Both the position numbers and the translations under genes were made by a program. The notes under the pieces are model-generated. The model ran no database searches. It was not told the DNA's origin and worked only from the letters and a program-made list of their open reading frames with translations. Shown in pieces: positions 42,688 through 56,862 of a DNA stretch of 64,000 nucleotides; the stretch's first letter is position 1; each line of letters starts with the position of its first letter. Source of the stretch: Eledone cirrhosa (taxonomy: Eukaryota); assembly GCA_964016885.1 (NCBI GenBank), contig OZ024745.1, positions 97,216,001 to 97,280,000 of the forward strand, read 5' to 3'.

Positions 42688-42789
42688 CAGTTGTTGTTGT
42701 TGTTGCTGTTGTTTTTGTTGGTGGTGGTGTTGTTGTTGGTGGTGTTGGTGGTGGTAGTGGAGGTGGTGGTGCTGGTGGTGGTGGTGTTG

Positions 42790-42821
<32 letters not shown>

Positions 42822-42996
42822 GGTGGTGGTAGTGGTGGTGGTGGTGGTGGTGTTGTTGTTGGTGGTGGTGTTGGTGGTGGTAGTGGAGGTGGTGGTGCTG
42901 GTGCTGGTGTTGTTGTTGTTGGTGGTGGTGGTGGTGGTGATGGTGTTGGTGGTGGTGGTGGTGGTGGTGGTGGTGGTGGTGGTGGTGGTGGTGGTG
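42688..42996. repeat. (GGT)n/(GTT)n microsatellite
   Basis: Directly visible. Confidence 0.95.
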
Positions 42997-43094
42997 TGTC
43001 GTTGTTGTTTCTCAGAGGTCTTTTTTTTTTATATCAGTAAATGAATTAAGAAAGATGCTGGTGTTTAGATCTGGCAACGCTTCTGCATCTAATA

Positions 43095-43292
43095 TAGTGA
43101 CCATGTAAAAAGCAGAACCACTACAGTTTAGAAAGGCCAGCTACTGTGACCAGGTGATGAGCAGAACCACAGCAGCTGAGGTAGGCCAGCTACTGTGACC
43201 ATGTGATGAGCAGAGCTACAGTAGTTGAGGAAGGTCAGCTATTGTGACCATGTGACTAACACAGCCATTGTAGCTGAGAAAGGCCAGCTACT
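43095..43292. repeat. 49-bp minisatellite, ~4 copies
   Basis: ctactgtgacca(g/t)gtgatgagcagaaccacagcagctgagg(t/a)aggccag. Confidence 0.8.
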
Positions 43293-43717
43293 CTTAAGCA
43301 TTGACCTTCAGATTTATTGATCGACATCACAAACCACACCCAAAAAAGAAACTGAAGTCTCTTAAATTCAGTTAGGACAACCACTTGGCATTAATGGAAT
43401 TCTTGGAATGAAAAGATCTTTCTCTTTGGAACTTTCTTGTTTATAGTAGCTTCTATTACATGAGTCATTGTAATCTTTGTTGATAAACTAGTTCCATTAC
43501 ATAATGTTATTGATATTCCCAACATTAAAATAGAAAACGTAGCAATACTCGTTGTGGTAAGATTCTAAAATATATTCCCTTGGAGGCAAGGAATCGAAGG
43601 AGCTGATGATTGACTCAATGAATCGAAGAAAAGAGAGATATACCATTATTATTTCTAGGTGTTCTACTATTATTTGTATTTAAACTATTGTTATTGTTAT
43701 TCACATTAACTAATGTA

Positions 43718-43903
43718 TTGTGAATTAGCAGTATCGGTAGAGAGTCGGACGCCATGTTTTCCAGCATAGATACGTCTCTTTACAGTCTGAGTTCAAATCC
43801 CGCCGAGGTTAACTTTGCCTTTCATCCTTACGGGGTCGATAAAATAAAGTACCAGTAATGTACTGGGTAATTGCTGGCCTTGTGCCAAAAGTAGAAACAA
43901 TTA
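43718..43903 (+). mobile_element. Nin-like tRNA SINE with (ATT)n tail
   Basis: Matches the family consensus. Confidence 0.88.
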
Positions 43904-44531
43904 TTATTATTATTATTATTATTATTGTTATTATGGCTAATTATATGCTGGTTCAAATTAAGAATTTTGCTATTAATGTTTGCAATATTTTGAGCAATAT
44001 TCATAGCTGTTGAATAAATAAGTTATTTGACAACAAATGAATTGAACTGTTTTTATAATGAAAATAGAATAATTCAGATAATAATTCTTAACATTATATA
44101 AAATGCATATACTGATGGTGATATACGCATAAGTTGTAGTAAATATCCTTATACATATTTAATATGTATTTAAACTTGCTTTATAGATAAAAATGTTTTT
44201 GAATTTTGTAACAAAATATTTAATAAATATATTAATTAAACTATGCTTCTGATTATTATAGAAAATATTTTTATATTGTTTAATTTTGATATAATATATT
44301 AGTATAATTAGCTTAAACATAACCAAATACAAAAGATATTAAAATAATTTTATGGTCTTTAATTGGTCGCTTCTATTTGACTTAATATTTGAAAACAACG
44401 GTCACGCATCATGTCTCTTTCTTCCTTTTTTCTTTCTTTCTTTCTTTCCTTTTTGCACTTACGTCTTTCTTCTTCTCTCTTCTATCTCTATCTCTCCTTC
44501 TTCTCTCTTCTCCTCTTTCTTCTCTCTTCTT

Positions 44532-44625
<94 letters not shown>

Positions 44626-44882
44626 TTTTTTCCCCTAACACGTATATTTACACATTTAAATATTTATGTATGTATGTGTTTATTTATTTCTTCTTGCATT
44701 TTCTCATACTCACCCCCTCCTTATACCTATATCTCGCTCCACATCCCCTTCTTCATCATATTTAAGTTTATCATGTTATTATATGTGGTATATAAATGTT
44801 GAGATTTGTTGTAATAAATCACTGCCAATACTGGAATTGAACCATCAAGACAGTTGAGGTATGCCATACATCAATTCATGTA

Positions 44883-44944
44883 TTTTATCTGACGAGGACG
44901 TACTGAAAAAACAGCACAGTACCTTCGAAATATATATAATAAAA
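44883..44944 (+). ncRNA. Minimal type I hammerhead ribozyme
   Basis: ttttat-CTGACGA-ggacgtactg..cagtaccttc-GAAA-tatata-TA-ataaaa; tail motif 45002-45029; element ends in (TA)n at ~45089. Confidence 0.83.
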
Positions 44945-45087
44945 CATATATTTTGATTATGTGAATGTCTTCATTTATTAATATTTTGAATAATATTAAT
45001 AACTCCAGAAAACTTCAATGTAGAGTGCTTTTAATCTATTGTAAAACTATATTCATTGAGTATTCAATGAACCATATTAATCTTTGG

Positions 45088-45173
<86 letters not shown>

Positions 45174-45184
45174 AAAATCCCGAT

Positions 45185-45630
45185 CTTCTTCTTCGTTTTC
45201 TTCTTCTTCGTTTTCTTCTTCTTCTTCTTTTTCTTCTTCTTCTTCTTCTTCTTCTTCTTCTTCTTCTTCTTCTTCTTCTTCTTCTTCTTCTTCTTGAGAG
45301 GGTCGTGTGGATAGAGTCCTCAAACACTCCTTCCAGCAGGTCCTGCCAGAAGTAACCATCTTCAACTGATCCGACTGGATCCCCAAGCATGGACAGCCAA
45401 GCTCGTGGATGTTATCCAACCATCTTACCCGGAGTCTACCCCTGGGTCTCCTACCTCTTGGTTTAGCCTGTAAAATTTGTCCAGCGATTCTTTGCTAAGA
45501 CATTCTAACCACATGCCCATAGTATCAAGCTGTGATCTCTCAATTTGGAGAAGTTGTGGTTCTACCTGGAGTGACTCTCTGATCTCTGAGCTATGTACTT
45601 TATCGAGTAACGTTACTCCATGAAGGTCAA
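45185..45630 (-). mobile_element. RTE LINE 3' fragment with (GAA)n tail
   Basis: GVTLLDKVHSSEIRESLQVEP..IERSQL / YGHVVRM..GRRPRGRLRVRWLDNI...WKECLRTLSTRPSQ(E)n. Confidence 0.85.
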
Positions 45631-46085
45631 ATAGATTAGGGACCTTCCTATCCACCTGAGTGGATTTGATCTTATAAAATATTCAAATATTGCCGGTAAT
45701 AATGATTCCTATTATCTTAATTAATTCAAACGATATTTAATGATCAAATTTAAGAACTGGTAAATGTGTCACCTTGTGTTCTTAGGTAGTTGTGTCATAA
45801 TTACTATCAATTGTTAAATTTTATAATATATTACTTACAACTAATTATAATACGTATTTTCATGTCATGAGATGGCAACATGAATGGACCTATTATTTTT
45901 CTCTAAAAACATTTTTTCCGATTCCGCCCTGCCCGTCCCTTCAATCTTTCTAATTTCTCATTCTTTCTTCTGATGAAGGACTGACGTCCAAAACATTAAG
46001 ACCCTCTTCCTGCAATGTCAAGCGTTAAACTAATATATTCCTTCCGTATACTCTACAGATCGTGTTGTTATTTCTGTTTGCCTTT

Positions 46086-46123
<38 letters not shown>

Positions 46124-46303
46124 GGTGTGTGTGTGTGTGTGTGTATAGATATATACATGTGTGTGTGTGTGCGTGCGTGCATGTGTGTGTGCGTGTGTGA
46201 TTGTGTGTGAGAGAGAGGGTGAGTGCTTCTGTGTGTGAAAGTATGTTTCAGTTATATAAATACACAAGCACACATCTATACTTACATATATATGTATATA
46301 TAC

Positions 46304-46431
<128 letters not shown>

Positions 46432-46800
46432 ATAATAAGGGTTGACAGACCCAGCATAATGGGCAATGTAAGATACATTACCAGAGTCTACACATAGTTA
46501 TTTGCCTCAACACAACACTCGTAAAACGGGTGCCTATAAGGTTCCCGGACTCGACTTTCTGCCGCACTAATGCAGCAGTAAGGTGCACTGCACCATCTGT
46601 CTGCATATATTATGCAACAATGCACAATCGGCTTATGCGGCTTCATCAGCGGGTATCGCCTAATCAATAACCAATTTATCGACAGAATCCAACCACCGGC
46701 CCATGCGGGTGATGACTGTTTGTGACAACTGACACGGTAAAGGAATTAGCAACTGGCAACCGATAGGACTCTATCTCTCAACGAGCCACTGATTTATATA

Positions 46801-46869
<69 letters not shown>

Positions 46870-46875
<6 letters not shown>

Positions 46876-47121
46876 ATACTTTGGGAGGGTCATGTTGCCA
46901 ATAAGAAACACACGCACCAGTTGCTTTCACTTCAGTTTATTATATATTTATAAATTTCTGGTTGGTTGGTTGGTTCCACAACCAGATAGTTGTTTATATA
47001 TAGTCATAGTCCTTTCGTCACACACTCTGTGACCTCTTCAGTGACTGGGAATTCCTTTCTTTGTTTCTGTGCCTCTCCTTTGTTCTGTCCTACGCCATTT
47101 TGCTAAACAAATTCAGAAACG

Positions 47122-47123
<2 letters not shown>
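46870..47123 (-). mobile_element. Solo pLTR fragment of the 36755-39260 PLE family, HHR 47002-47046
   Basis: Near-identical to 36811-37066, joined to ~24 nt of the inverted tail (ctaaacaaattcagaaacg); (TA)n both sides. Confidence 0.9.
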
Positions 47124-47180
<57 letters not shown>

Positions 47181-47646
47181 GAGAAGAAAGAGGAATACTG
47201 CGTGGTTGCACATGGGTTACATATTATAAAATTAGTCCCTCGTCAAGGATTTGCCAACCATCATTGGTATTCCATCGCATTAAAAATCATATACCTCAGG
47301 TTGGTGCGAGCAATAACTAAAAAAAGCTATTGGGACAAGTGAGTCGCGTAAAGCGAGTGAGACAAGTAAACAACATAGAAGGATAAAAGCAAACCGAAGA
47401 TAGGAAAAAAAACAAGCAACATGGTTATCCGGTCAGCATAATCTGGGTGAATTTCATGAGCGTTCAGAATACAGACCGTCCGACGTGAGTGAGATGTGAG
47501 CAAGAAAGGACCCCACTACCAACGAAACGGGAGGAAGTGAGAAGGGGAGAAACAGAGAGTGAGTGAGGGGAAGTGCGAGGAAGAGGTCAGTCGAGAGAAA
47601 GTGTAACTGGCAGAGGGGGCGAAAGAAGGTGTGTGTGTGAGTGTGT

Positions 47647-47862
47647 AAAAGTTCTATTTAAATTGTTGGGATACAACAAGCAAATATTTTTATAACTGAT
47701 ATAAAGCACTCAACAAATATTTGGAGTAAAAATACGATATTAACAAATGGAAACTATATTTATAAAACCATATTTATTTCATTATACATATTTCAAGGAC
47801 ACCAAGTTAAATTATGGTGCGCTTTCATCAGATAAAATATAATATAGAACAGTTTTATAAAT
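47647..47862 (-). mobile_element. Diverged copy of the 18946 family, HHR 47776-47838
   Basis: attttat-CTGATGA-aagcgcacca..tggtgtcctt-GAAA-tatgta-TA-atgaaat. Confidence 0.85.
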
Positions 47863-48633
47863 AAATATTGACATACTATATATATATATATATTTAATTG
47901 AATAGCTATTTGTGTCATTTAAAAAGAGCGAGGTAACTGAGGTAGTTGAAGAATTCATAGCATGTAAAGCAAGGAAATTAATTTGGTGAGCATACTAGAA
48001 ATTCTTTCCCACTTTTCTGTTTCCTCTCTCTTTAACATTTGAAACATATAAGCATCTATTAAATTATTACACCATCTCTATATTCAATGTTGTATTGAGT
48101 ACTTTTTATATTGATTGTTGCTGTTAAGAGACACCTTGAATTATATCAATTTTAGAGAAATTCTGTGGAATCAGTGTTGTTATTTTTGATATTAGGAAAG
48201 CTTTGACTCTGAATAGCAGGTGAAAACCTGTTAAAACTTCTCAAACCTGAACTCCATATTTCTTTCAGCTTTTGATCGGTGACTAAGTTATTCCGGGTTG
48301 AATCGGAGGTAACCACAGTAAGTAAGGTAATCAATACATAGCAGAGTATAAAAGTTTTAATATAGAAGTGCTTCTACAGGACAAGAACTGTTTCATTCGT
48401 GAGAACTCATCACGATGATTTCTCCTGATGATTTCTCACGAATGAAACAGTTCTAGTCCTGTAGAAGCTCTTCTATACATATATATATATATATAGCCTG
48501 TTCCGTATAACCATGACCAATACGAGCTGAGGATCAGACAAAGTTGGAATTCCTCTTATTAATATAATCTTCTATACACAATCATACACACCCGTGTATA
48601 TTTATCTATCTCTCTCTCTATATATATATATAT

Positions 48634-49858
48634 ATGTAAGTATGTATGTATGTACACGTACATACATATATGTATACAGACGTACAGTAGTATGTATATA
48701 TATACATACATGCACACATATATATATGCACGAATCGGTTTACCGAACATTTATTATAATGCTCGGTTGGTTTGTAAACAAACAAACAGCCCGAATTACG
48801 CCGTACAGTGTTTAGGCACCTTTTTGTTCAACACAGACACAGGAACGATGTACTAGTTTCAATCTTATTAGCTATCGTCAGCATCGTTTACCTTCCTGCC
48901 AGATGGTTGACCGTCTGAAAGTATATACTTTCCTTATGCATATTAACGGCTGAGCAGCCTAATTTACATATCGAGTGAGTTTAGTCGGCCGGGCGCACCG
49001 AAAATGATAAATGGAATAGAATGAAACGAAATTTAATTTCTCACTCTTAGTACGGCAGTTACTTAAATGTAAGTATGTATGTATACGTACATACATATAT
49101 GTATACAGACATACAGTAGTATGTATATATACACATACATGCACACATATATATATGCACGTATCGGTTTACCGAACATTTATTATAATGCTCGGTTTGT
49201 TTGTAAACAAACAAACAGCCCGAATTATGCCGTACTCTGAATAGGCAACCACGTCACCTTTTTGTTCAACACTGACACAGGAACGATGTACTAGTTTCAA
49301 TCTTATTAGCTATCGTCAGCATCGTTTACCTTGCTGCCAGATGGTTGAACGTCTGAAAGTATATACTTTCCTTATGCATATTAACGGCTGAGCAGCCTAA
49401 TTTACATATCGAGTGAGTTTAGTCGGCCGGGCGCACCGAAAATGATAAATGGAATAGAATGAAACGAAATTTCATTTCTCACTCTTAGTACGGCAGTTAC
49501 TTAAATGTAAGTATGTATGTATACGTACATACATATATGTATACAGACATACAGTAGTATGTATATATACACATACATGCACACATATATATATATGCAC
49601 GTATCGGTTTACCGAACATTTATTATAATGCTCGGTTTGTTTGTAAACAAACAAACAGCCCGAATTATGCCGTACTCTGAATAGGCAACCACGTCACCTT
49701 TTTGTTCAACACTGACACAGGAACGATGTACTAGTTTCAAGCTTATTAGCTATCGTCAGCATCGTATACCTTCCTGCCTGATGGTTGAACGTCTGACAGT
49801 ATATACTTTCCTTATGCATATTAACGGCTGAGCAGCCTAATTTGCATATCGAGTGAGG
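48634..49858 (-). mobile_element. Tandem array of ~2.8 x 438-440 bp units, one HHR each (non-LTR retrozyme-like)
   Basis: HHRs 48845-48887, 49283-49325, 49723-49765: acgatg-CTGACGA-tagctaataag(a/c)tt-GAAA-ctag-TA-catcgt; (TA)n flanks; no real ORF. Confidence 0.9.
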
Positions 49859-49912
49859 TTAGGCATATATATATATATATAGTTGTTTTCTAAGCCTCAA
49901 CAATGCAGATGG

Positions 49913-49966
<54 letters not shown>

Positions 49967-49967
49967 G

Positions 49968-50070
<103 letters not shown>

Positions 50071-50282
50071 CCTAACATTTCACACCCAAGTGTCAACCAC
50101 ATACAGCGTAGACACTTTACTCCAACTTTCCCCTGACTCCGTCAATAGAGACCCAGGAAATATCCAGCCAATTGTGTCACAGTTAGTGTCAAAGAAAGAG
50201 GAAAACAACAAAAACCATAATTACTGCACATATCCCGCAGCTCAACTTTCATAAACACGAGCAACACGTAACTAGCGTCCCA

Positions 50283-50520
50283 ATCGCTTCTTGTACCCAG
50301 GTGAACGCTTCTTGTACCCCATTGGACGCTTCTGGTACCCAATTGAACACTTCTGGTACCCCCGTTGGACGCTTCTAGTACCCCGTTTAACACTTCTGTT
50401 ACCCCATTGGACGGTTCTGGTACTCCGTTAAACGCTTCTGGTACCCCATTGAACACTTCTGGTACTCCGTTGAACGCTTCTGGTACCCCATTGAACGTTT
50501 CTTTTACCTCGGTGAACGCA
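50283..50520. repeat. 21-bp minisatellite
   Basis: Unit acgcttctggtaccccattga. Confidence 0.85.
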
Positions 50521-50880
50521 TCTTGGACCCCCGCGAACGGTTTTAGTGCTACGGTGACTGGTTCTAGTACCTTACAATAGCTAAAGATTTTTTCTGACCA
50601 ATGCACATTTTTAACATAGCAAACACTGTATGTCAAGGTTTGGTTTGTCTCGTTCTATGCCAGAAAATATTTCAATCCCTAATCTATCTGGAATGGAGAC
50701 ATCTTGAATGTCATCAAGAGAAAGACTACTTAGACATACATACATTCATTCATACGTTCATACATACATTCATACATACATACACACGTAGGTATATGTA
50801 TACTTAACACATATACATTCTATATACACTTTTGTATTTTCACATTTTGATCATATATATATTTCATCATATATATATAT

Positions 50881-51400
50881 ATTGAGTTTATGTTGGTTGT
50901 ATACCAACACCTCAGTATGCAGGCTGGAACTACAGGGAGCCTCACCCCAGAAAGAATTCTATAGACTTCTGACTGAGGAATGCTCTCAGAACTGACCAAT
51001 GGGAAGTTTGACACTTTTTTTGTTATTTTGTTCCTTTAACACCTTGTCCCTTCTACCATTTTATCAATTTTTTAAGCTAACTCCAACAATAACAACACTT
51101 AGAATGAGGAATGTTCTAATAACTGACCAATGAGAGGAGAAGAGGACCTTTGACATTGAAATTCGTTTGTTTAAATTCATATGATGCCAGTTCCTCAGTG
51201 AAATAACAACCCAACCAGGAACTGGGCATATCAGAGTATTGACAATATTATACACCTCAACAACATATGTACTTGTCTATACCATACTAATTCAAACTGC
51301 CTGAAGAGGTCACAGCCAAAGATGGCTGTCACTGAAATATATATAGCAGTAATAAACGAAGCTAAATTTTTATCATTTGACTTTTTATTTAACTTTATTT
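50881..51400 (+). mobile_element. HHR element in (TA)n with inverted-tail leader; HHR 51296-51350
   Basis: First ~45 nt are the reverse complement of tail 4360-4405; actgc-CTGAAGA-[11-position stem II]-GAAA-tatata-TA-gcagt. Confidence 0.85.
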
Positions 51401-51423
51401 TATATATATATATATATATATAT

Positions 51424-51508
<85 letters not shown>

Positions 51509-51664
51509 AATATACACGGGTGTGTATGATTGTGTATAGAAGATTATATTAATAAGAGGAATTCCAACTTTGTCTGATTTACTCGTTTTATTTACAATCC
51601 TTTAAAATTTATAATGGTATTATAATGAAATAGTATGATAGAATATTAAATTCTAAGTGTTAAT

Positions 51665-51703
51665 TGAACAAGTACTTTCATGCTTTCGCAATCTTCAGGT
51701 TCA
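51665..51703 (-). ncRNA. Very compact type I hammerhead (39 nt)
   Basis: tgaac-CTGAAGA-ttgc-gaaa-gcat-GAAA-gtac-TT-gttca; downstream tail 51505-51578 recurs inverted at 48533-48605. Confidence 0.78.
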
Positions 51704-51736
51704 TAATATGTGGTGACAGTCAAGTTTGCAATTTTC

Positions 51737-51773
<37 letters not shown>

Positions 51774-51867
51774 AGACATACGTATTTGTAATTCGTTCAG
51801 ATATAGGTATATATATTTTATATATATAGTGTACAAAAAATATATATGTATATGTGTGTGTATGTAT

Positions 51868-51935
<68 letters not shown>

Positions 51936-51944
51936 TACATACAT

Positions 51945-51994
<50 letters not shown>

Positions 51995-52469
51995 GCACAC
52001 ACACTCATATATAAACACTTATATACATATACATATACATATGCATACACACATACATACACACTCATACATACATATATACATACGTAAAGAGCAGATA
52101 GTATATATGCAAGTATACCCTGTATATTTGTGGCTTTCTACTTGTTATGTTCCAGCAGCTTCGTGACTACCACAGTGAGCAGGTCACGGTGACCCACACT
52201 GGAATGTTCCCTTCAATCCGAACCCTCTCTACATCCCATCCTTCCGTGTCTTCTTCGTATTTTTGTTCAATGTTTGCGGGGGAGGGGCTACATGTATATG
52301 GCAGAGTATATTCTGGAAATGTATGCATGTATGTATTTATGCATGTATGTATGCATGTATGTATGTATGTATGTATGCATGTATGTATGTATGTATGTAT
52401 GTATGTATGTATGCATGTATGTATGTATGTATGTATATATGCATGTATGTATGTATGTATGTATGTATG

Positions 52470-52502
<33 letters not shown>

Positions 52503-52566
52503 GTATGAATCCGTATACATACACAAACACACATGCATATGCATATATAAATATATCACGATATAA

Positions 52567-52609
<43 letters not shown>

Positions 52610-52679
52610 TATATATCTCTATATATATATATGCATATGCACACACATATATATATGTATGTGTATATATATATAAATA

Positions 52680-52942
<263 letters not shown>

Positions 52943-52995
52943 AATAACAGTAATAATATTAATAATGATAATAATAGTAATAATTGTTATCATAG

Positions 52996-53038
<43 letters not shown>

Positions 53039-53821
53039 TTCTTATTATTGTTATTATCATTATTATATGCATGTCAGCATGTATGGTGTGTGTATGTGCG
53101 TGAGTATGCGTGTTTGTATGTGCGCCTGCGTATGCGTATCCAATAATTTTGCAGCATGCTGCACACAGCAGGGAACAATTCTAGACATATTGATTTATTA
53201 AAAGATACAAGAACAACATAGAGAAAATATATTCCTTAAAATCGATCACCGTATATTACTGCTACTTATTTTCACAATCTTAGTTGGTTGAACTTAATCG
53301 GTCACTCGGTTTGACTCAACCTCATGGTACTTGGTGCCTTTCGTACAGTACAGTCTGTGCAAGTGTTTGGGTTAGGGCTCTCGTTTGAGGATAACATCTT
53401 GTTTCCCTCTAACCCGTTTAGGTGGCCCTGAAATGATTAAGGGCCAAGGTTTGCAGCACTTCCACCCTTGCCTAAGTGGTAAAATAAAAACGAAAATATT
53501 GTTATATTTGGGGAGGCCCATGTTGTTATAATATTGCCAAAAATATAGAGTAAAACACACCCACTGTTTGGTTTGGGTTAGTTTTCGCTTCAGTATATTT
53601 TAATTAATTCAGCTGGCAATCAATGTTTATCATTGATTGACTAACAGGTAAAAATATATTTCAAAATTTACTTTGGCAAAACTGACCTCAGCATGTGTGT
53701 ACATATATATATTGGGGCTCACTAGGGAACGGGCGAAGGCTTCAACAACACCCTCTTTGTCCGTTCCCTTGTCGTTTCAATTTGGATTGCCTCGGGAACG
53801 TAACCTTATTATATAAGAAGC

Positions 53822-53892
53822 TGTCTGATGAGGTCATGGCACTGGGTACACGGAATCGTGTGACCACTGTCGCCATTGAAATATGTATCACA
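53822..53892 (+). ncRNA. Minimal type I hammerhead in a ~235 bp insert (53711-53945)
   Basis: tgt-CTGATGA-[tggca..tgg..acacg-gaat-cgtgt..cca..tgtcg]-GAAA-tatgta-TC-aca. Confidence 0.65.
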
Positions 53893-54089
53893 CCATTATC
53901 AATAAAGGACATCTGAAAGTACTTCGCATTTTCTTATTCTATATGTATATGTGTATCTGTTAATTACACCCCCTTTTAGTTTAACGCTTTCCATACTTTC
54001 TGTTATATACAAGTCACAATTTCGGCTTCCATCCTTTTTTAAAGTATATATATCTATATCTATATCTATCTACCTATCTCTCACCTCAC

Positions 54090-54177
<88 letters not shown>

Positions 54178-54396
54178 TTAATAAATAAATGGGAAGACTA
54201 AAATCCAAAGAGGGCTCGATAAGGATAAATATATATCAAATATATAAGAACCCTAGAGCAAATGTATATATATATATAGTGTGTGTGTGTGTACAGTCTG
54301 TGGTGCTGAGACTGGGGAGACCACTAATCATAAGAGTACTCAATACACACAAGCCGAAACCGCTTGGCACCGTAGTCGTGATTTTACATATTTCTC

Positions 54397-54503
<107 letters not shown>

Positions 54504-54559
54504 ATGTAAATAATTCATATTAAAAAATATGAATTAATCGGATTTTAGTTTGGGCCTAA

Positions 54560-55030
54560 ATTCTTACAAATATTCTGCCAAATAAAAAAACTGCAATATA
54601 TTAACAAACATTTAATTGCCCGAACTTTTAAATAGTTGGTATATTATAAAAGTAGTTGTAATTCTAACATTTCCTCCGATAAAGATTCATTTATCTACGT
54701 TTTCATTCATTATAACGACGACTTAAAACATACGCAGGTTTAATGATAGTATACTAACATTTTCGAGACGTTTTATACTAAACTAAATACACAAAGACCA
54801 CCACTTTGTCTAAATGTTCGTCCTGGCGTTACTAGAAGATTGTTACGTTTAGTACTTTTAAAAGTTTCCAAATAATCATTCTACCCATTGCTAAAATGAA
54901 TGGAAGGAAATTTGTCAATGTGATTATTCAAGGTCCCTCCTAATCCTTTGCGTTGCAATTATATTAAATTCACTACGTGCCTTTTTAATGATGTCTCCCT
55001 TTCTAAGATATATAAAATAATGGTTTACTT
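54560..55030 (+). pseudogene. Highly decayed PLE relic
   Basis: SNISSDKDSF...YNDDLK and a CN..C linker remnant, paralleling 58960-59400. Confidence 0.4.
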
Positions 55031-55271
55031 CTAGAACAATACTGAAATGAAGTCTTAAATTAGGCTCACAGAACATTTAGCAGAATCCCTAGAAAGTAGG
55101 ACAAAATGCTTTGTGTTATTTATCCAGGATTTCTGCGCTCCAATTTCAAATTCTAAAGAGTTCACATTGCCTTTCATCCTTTTAGGCTCGATAAAATAAA
55201 ATACTAGTCTCTATATATATATATATATAGACTAGTATTTTATATATATATATATACATATATATACATAT

Positions 55272-55746
55272 ATATCAACTCTGGATGTCGGTGAGCATGT
55301 AAAGCTAACCTCAGTCTCCTCTGTATCACTTTTGAGCTGACTTTTTGGAGGCTCCCATACAGCTCTGAGTTTTTCATCCTCAGTGTATACTGATTAATGT
55401 TCAGAGCCATCCTCAGCTTTCTCGTGTAGCACCCATCCACCATCTGAGTGTGTTTCTTGGTCAGTGTCCAAGTCTCAGACCCGTACAGCAGCACAGACTC
55501 CACTACAGCAATGAAGAGGCGGATTTTCAGGTCTTTACGAAGGTCCGACTTCCACACCGATCTCAAGCTGTGGCACGCCCCTACATGGACACACTGGAAG
55601 TGGAAGACCAAGGTTAACGTATGTTGATGCCCTAAGGACAGACACTGGTCTGTTGGAGACGCAGGACATGGCAGCGATAATGAGGGACAGAGACTGGTGG
55701 AGAGAACTCGTCCATGGATCTCGGGAATTTTACCCGCCTTAGAATA

Positions 55747-55748
<2 letters not shown>
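55272..55748. mobile_element. 5'-inverted RTE-type LINE insertion in (TA)n
   Basis: 55272-55580 (-): VWKS..KIRLF..VESVLLYGSETWTLT..RRLRLALHAHRHPEL. 55580-55742 (+): LHG..GRPRLTYVDALRTDTG..MRDRDWWR..*. Confidence 0.85.
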
Positions 55749-55802
<54 letters not shown>

Positions 55803-56764
55803 CAAAGAGGGTGTGGTAAGATACCAAGTGGACCATAACGCACCAGAGTACTCAATACTTAGAGTAATAAAGAGTAGAGTGGGTAATAGGAAAAGAGACA
55901 GTCCCCGACGGCTGACTCCGGCCGTTTCGACAGCTAGATCTAACAGTCGAAACGGCCGCAGCTCAGCCGTCCGGATCCTGAATCTTTTCATATATATATA
56001 TATATATATATATTCTCCCCCGCTCTCTATATATATCCATCCATTCGGTTTTGATTGTTGACATGTTTACACGTGCCGTGGTGGCCTCTCTGTCCGCAAT
56101 CTTTGAGGCACGTATTTACCACCGTCGTAAAAAAAAACCCTCTGGATTATCTCCCTTTCCCTTCTCCTCCTCACTTTTGGTTGCCCGTGTCTCTCTCTCA
56201 CTTTCTCCTGTCTATGTTAGAGGCAGCACGATTATACCAGCTCTGAGTCGTAGCTGACCACCAGGCTAAAGTCTCCCAGGCTGGCTACACCTTACTTTCC
56301 CTATTTTTCCATGGTTACTATTTTGCATGTTTCTTTCATCTGTGTCTTCCCACGATGGGATCTGTACACTTTTTTTTCTTCTATTCCTTTCCTATCTTTC
56401 CCTTCCTCCTCTCTCCTCATCTCCACCCCCACCCCCCCTGTTCTTCCTCCTTTCCCTCTCTTTCCTTTTCTCTCTCCTTTTTTTTCTCTCTTTCTCTCTC
56501 CTTTCCCACCTGGCCTTTTGATTAATAAAAGGCCTCGGGCGCACCCGAACTACACCGAAGTCCTGTAATTCAGCGCCAAAACATCGGTTCAGGATACATT
56601 TACAGCTGACGATGGAAACTCCTTTCTTCCTTTCTCCTCTTGTTCCGTCCTAACCACCATCCTAAACCTTGTTTTTAGTAACCACACAGCTCCTTTCGTT
56701 TCATAACTTTTTGTATATATATATATATATAATAGCAGCGATGCTTTGCTTAAACTTTAATTTA

Positions 56765-56862
<98 letters not shown>

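Noticed and set aside
42660-43044. Gly/Val-rich protein
   Set aside because: (GGT)n/(GTT)n microsatellite.
43060-43095. Candidate next WD40 exon (ttag|ATCTGG...)
   Set aside because: Stop after seven codons; does not continue the repeat.
52130-52320. Possible minus-strand exon (EQKYEEDTEGWDVERVRIEG...)
   Set aside because: No recognisable domain, and a stop occurs before a convincing donor.
53240-53480. Possible minus-strand exon after atttcag
   Set aside because: All frames close quickly; no recognisable homology.
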